In this document: piece after piece, positions 54,321 to 55,829 of the stretch
How the letters are laid out: every line of letters begins with the position of its first letter
How positions within the stretch are numbered: the stretch's first letter is position 1
Assembly: GCA_977017575.1 (NCBI GenBank)
Contig: CDRNVI010000101.1
Coordinates: 1 to 55,829 of the forward strand
Reading direction: 5' to 3'
Length of the DNA: 55,829 nucleotides
DNA from: Paramoeba atlantica
Taxonomy: Eukaryota > Protista > Discosea
The notes under the pieces: generated by a model
Told to the model about the DNA's origin: nothing
The model's input: the letters and a program-made list of their open reading frames with translations, nothing else
Databases searched by the model: none
Translations under genes and position numbers: made by a program

Positions 54321-54718
54321 AGTTTAAATATTTTTGTAAACTTGGCAATACCACAGCAAGTCACGGGTCACTCACTAAACAAAAAAGTATTTTTTGGCCT
54401 CGTATTTCGTGATGTTTCTATTCTAGAACTGTAAAATTGCGCATGTCATGTCGCTTTATAAAAGGCGTACACGAATCACACCCTTCGAGCGCATCACGGT
54501 TGAATATGAATGCAACACATTCTCATCGGAATTTTAATCTATGTACACAGCGCTCCAAAAAATGCGGCGGTTGATTCCTTGGTAAAAACTTGGAGATCAA
54601 CTCTTTTATAAAAAAAAACATGGTTTCAAATGTGTATAAAATCAGCAAGTTATCCAAACTATACTTTTTCGATTTGGTTCTGAATCATTTTTTTAACCCA
54701 ACGTTTTCCGTCATCATC

Positions 54719-55792
54719 TTAAAAAGGTACAAAACAGGCCACCAAACAAAGGAAAACACTTGCGAGCATCCAAAAAAGCGAACCCCAAAGCGAGCTGGAT
54801 GTCCCGAGCTCAGCTTCCGTTTCCCCTTCCTCCACTGACATCGACTTTTCCTCTTGCATCCTCTGCGGGGTGCGTTTTCCAATAAAAGGTCCATGGAGAC
54901 TTCCCCCCAGGCCATCCATTCCGGCATAAAAGGGGGAACTCCCTGCTTCCTCCCCCAGTGCGCTCGAAGAGGTCCATCGGCGTAGAAACTGAGACGCGGA
55001 GTAGGACAGCGGGGAGGTATACTCACTTGCGGCATTCACCACGCACTGCCCCGTGCGCTCACTGTTGCCACAGACCCGGATGCCGACCACAGACACCGCA
55101 GAGCTCTCGAGCGGACGGTTCTCGTTTTGGAAGCACGCAACGGTGTGCGGGTTGGTCCCAGAGCGCTCTTCATCGGAGGCCGTTTTCCCGGTCTGATTTT
55201 TAGCCTCCTCCTTGGAGGTTCCACCTTCCTCCTGCGCACGCTCCGCCTCCCCTGTTGGAAACGCTTTCGAGGAGCGTGGAAGCGCTGAGTGGGCATAGTA
55301 CCCCTCCGCCGCTAAATCGTTCATGTCCATCGAGGCCGAGTGTCGTGTCCTGCGAAGCTGCAAATCCCCTTTGGGGAGGAGACGCTTACTCACAAACGGG
55401 TTGCCCACCATAATCAGTTTCCCTCGCGGCATATGCCAGCACGGGGACTTCTCCGAAATCTCGTTAAACGACAAGTCAATGAGCCGCGCAGGAGGCGTGG
55501 GGAGTTTCGAAAAAGGCGTTTCCCCCCTCTCTGAGGACCCATCAAACTCCGAGCGATACCCCACCCTACTCACCCCTCGCTCCAGCCACCCTTTTCTCGA
55601 AAACAACGGCCACTTTGTCAGTTTGTTCTGCGCCATGTCAATCTTCACCACACTCTCCGGGAGCTCTGAAAAATCAACCTCCGTCGGAACCTCCTCCTCC
55701 CCACTCCCCTCCCCATTCGTCAAAAACAACCCCGGCTCTCGACAATGCTCATTAAAACACAAACCCCGGGGAACCGGACGAAACGGCACCAC
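54719..55792 (-). CDS. LRR-containing protein with C-terminal hydrophobic anchor, probably 5'-partial
   Basis: VDFSELPESVVKIDMAQNKL and LIDLSFNEI; C-terminal LFWMLASVFLCLVACFVPF; starts at GTG next to the window edge. Confidence 0.6.
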   Translation of the reverse strand: MVPFRPVPRGLCFNEHCREPGLFLTNGEGSGEEEVPTEVDFSELPESVVKIDMAQNKLTKWPLFSRKGWLERGVSRVGYRSEFDGSSERGETPFSKLPTPPARLIDLSFNEISEKSPCWHMPRGKLIMVGNPFVSKRLLPKGDLQLRRTRHSASMDMNDLAAEGYYAHSALPRSSKAFPTGEAERAQEEGGTSKEEAKNQTGKTASDEERSGTNPHTVACFQNENRPLESSAVSVVGIRVCGNSERTGQCVVNAASEYTSPLSYSASQFLRRWTSSSALGEEAGSSPFYAGMDGLGGSLHGPFIGKRTPQRMQEEKSMSVEEGETEAELGTSSSLWGSLFWMLASVFLCLVACFVPF

Positions 55793-55829
55793 TCCCCCCT
55801 CCCCCCCCTCCTCCCCCTCCCCCCTCCCC

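Noticed and set aside
1-55829. tRNA, rRNA or intact SL RNA gene array
   Set aside because: No cloverleaf or rRNA signatures were recognised by eye, and the SL-like sequences are not in a tandem gene array; a tRNAscan/Infernal run would be needed to exclude small RNAs.

Overview
Eukaryotic protist genomic window, most likely from a kinetoplastid-type euglenozoan. This is an inference from three exact copies of the spliced-leader core CAGTTTCTGTAC and from intronless host genes that all lie on the minus strand. Six non-LRR host genes are present: a TBC+TLDc RabGAP, RPS17, a PP2C with a Tudor-like C-terminus, a PQ-loop/MPDU1-like protein, an EDRF1-like protein and a small hypothetical protein. 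There are also two membrane-type hypotheticals. These sit among about 13 intact, decayed or split copies of a short plant-type LRR gene family. The intergenic DNA is dense with TA-targeting Tc1/mariner elements and MITEs, a hAT remnant, a DIRS-like RT remnant and tandem arrays. The most striking structure is at 28-45 kb: a non-LTR retrotransposon with RT and a restriction-like endonuclease (HERO-like motifs) in three copies. The full-length copy starts with a spliced-leader sequence and carries three unusual Cys-rich motifs. A 576-bp non-coding element that also starts with spliced-leader sequence sits in the same LRR gene. All independent 3' junctions lie just upstream of an LRR F-T-G-type codon motif. 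Together these suggest an SL-capped retroelement/SINE pair that targets and reshuffles an LRR multigene family. Family calls come from motifs recognised by eye; no database searches were run.
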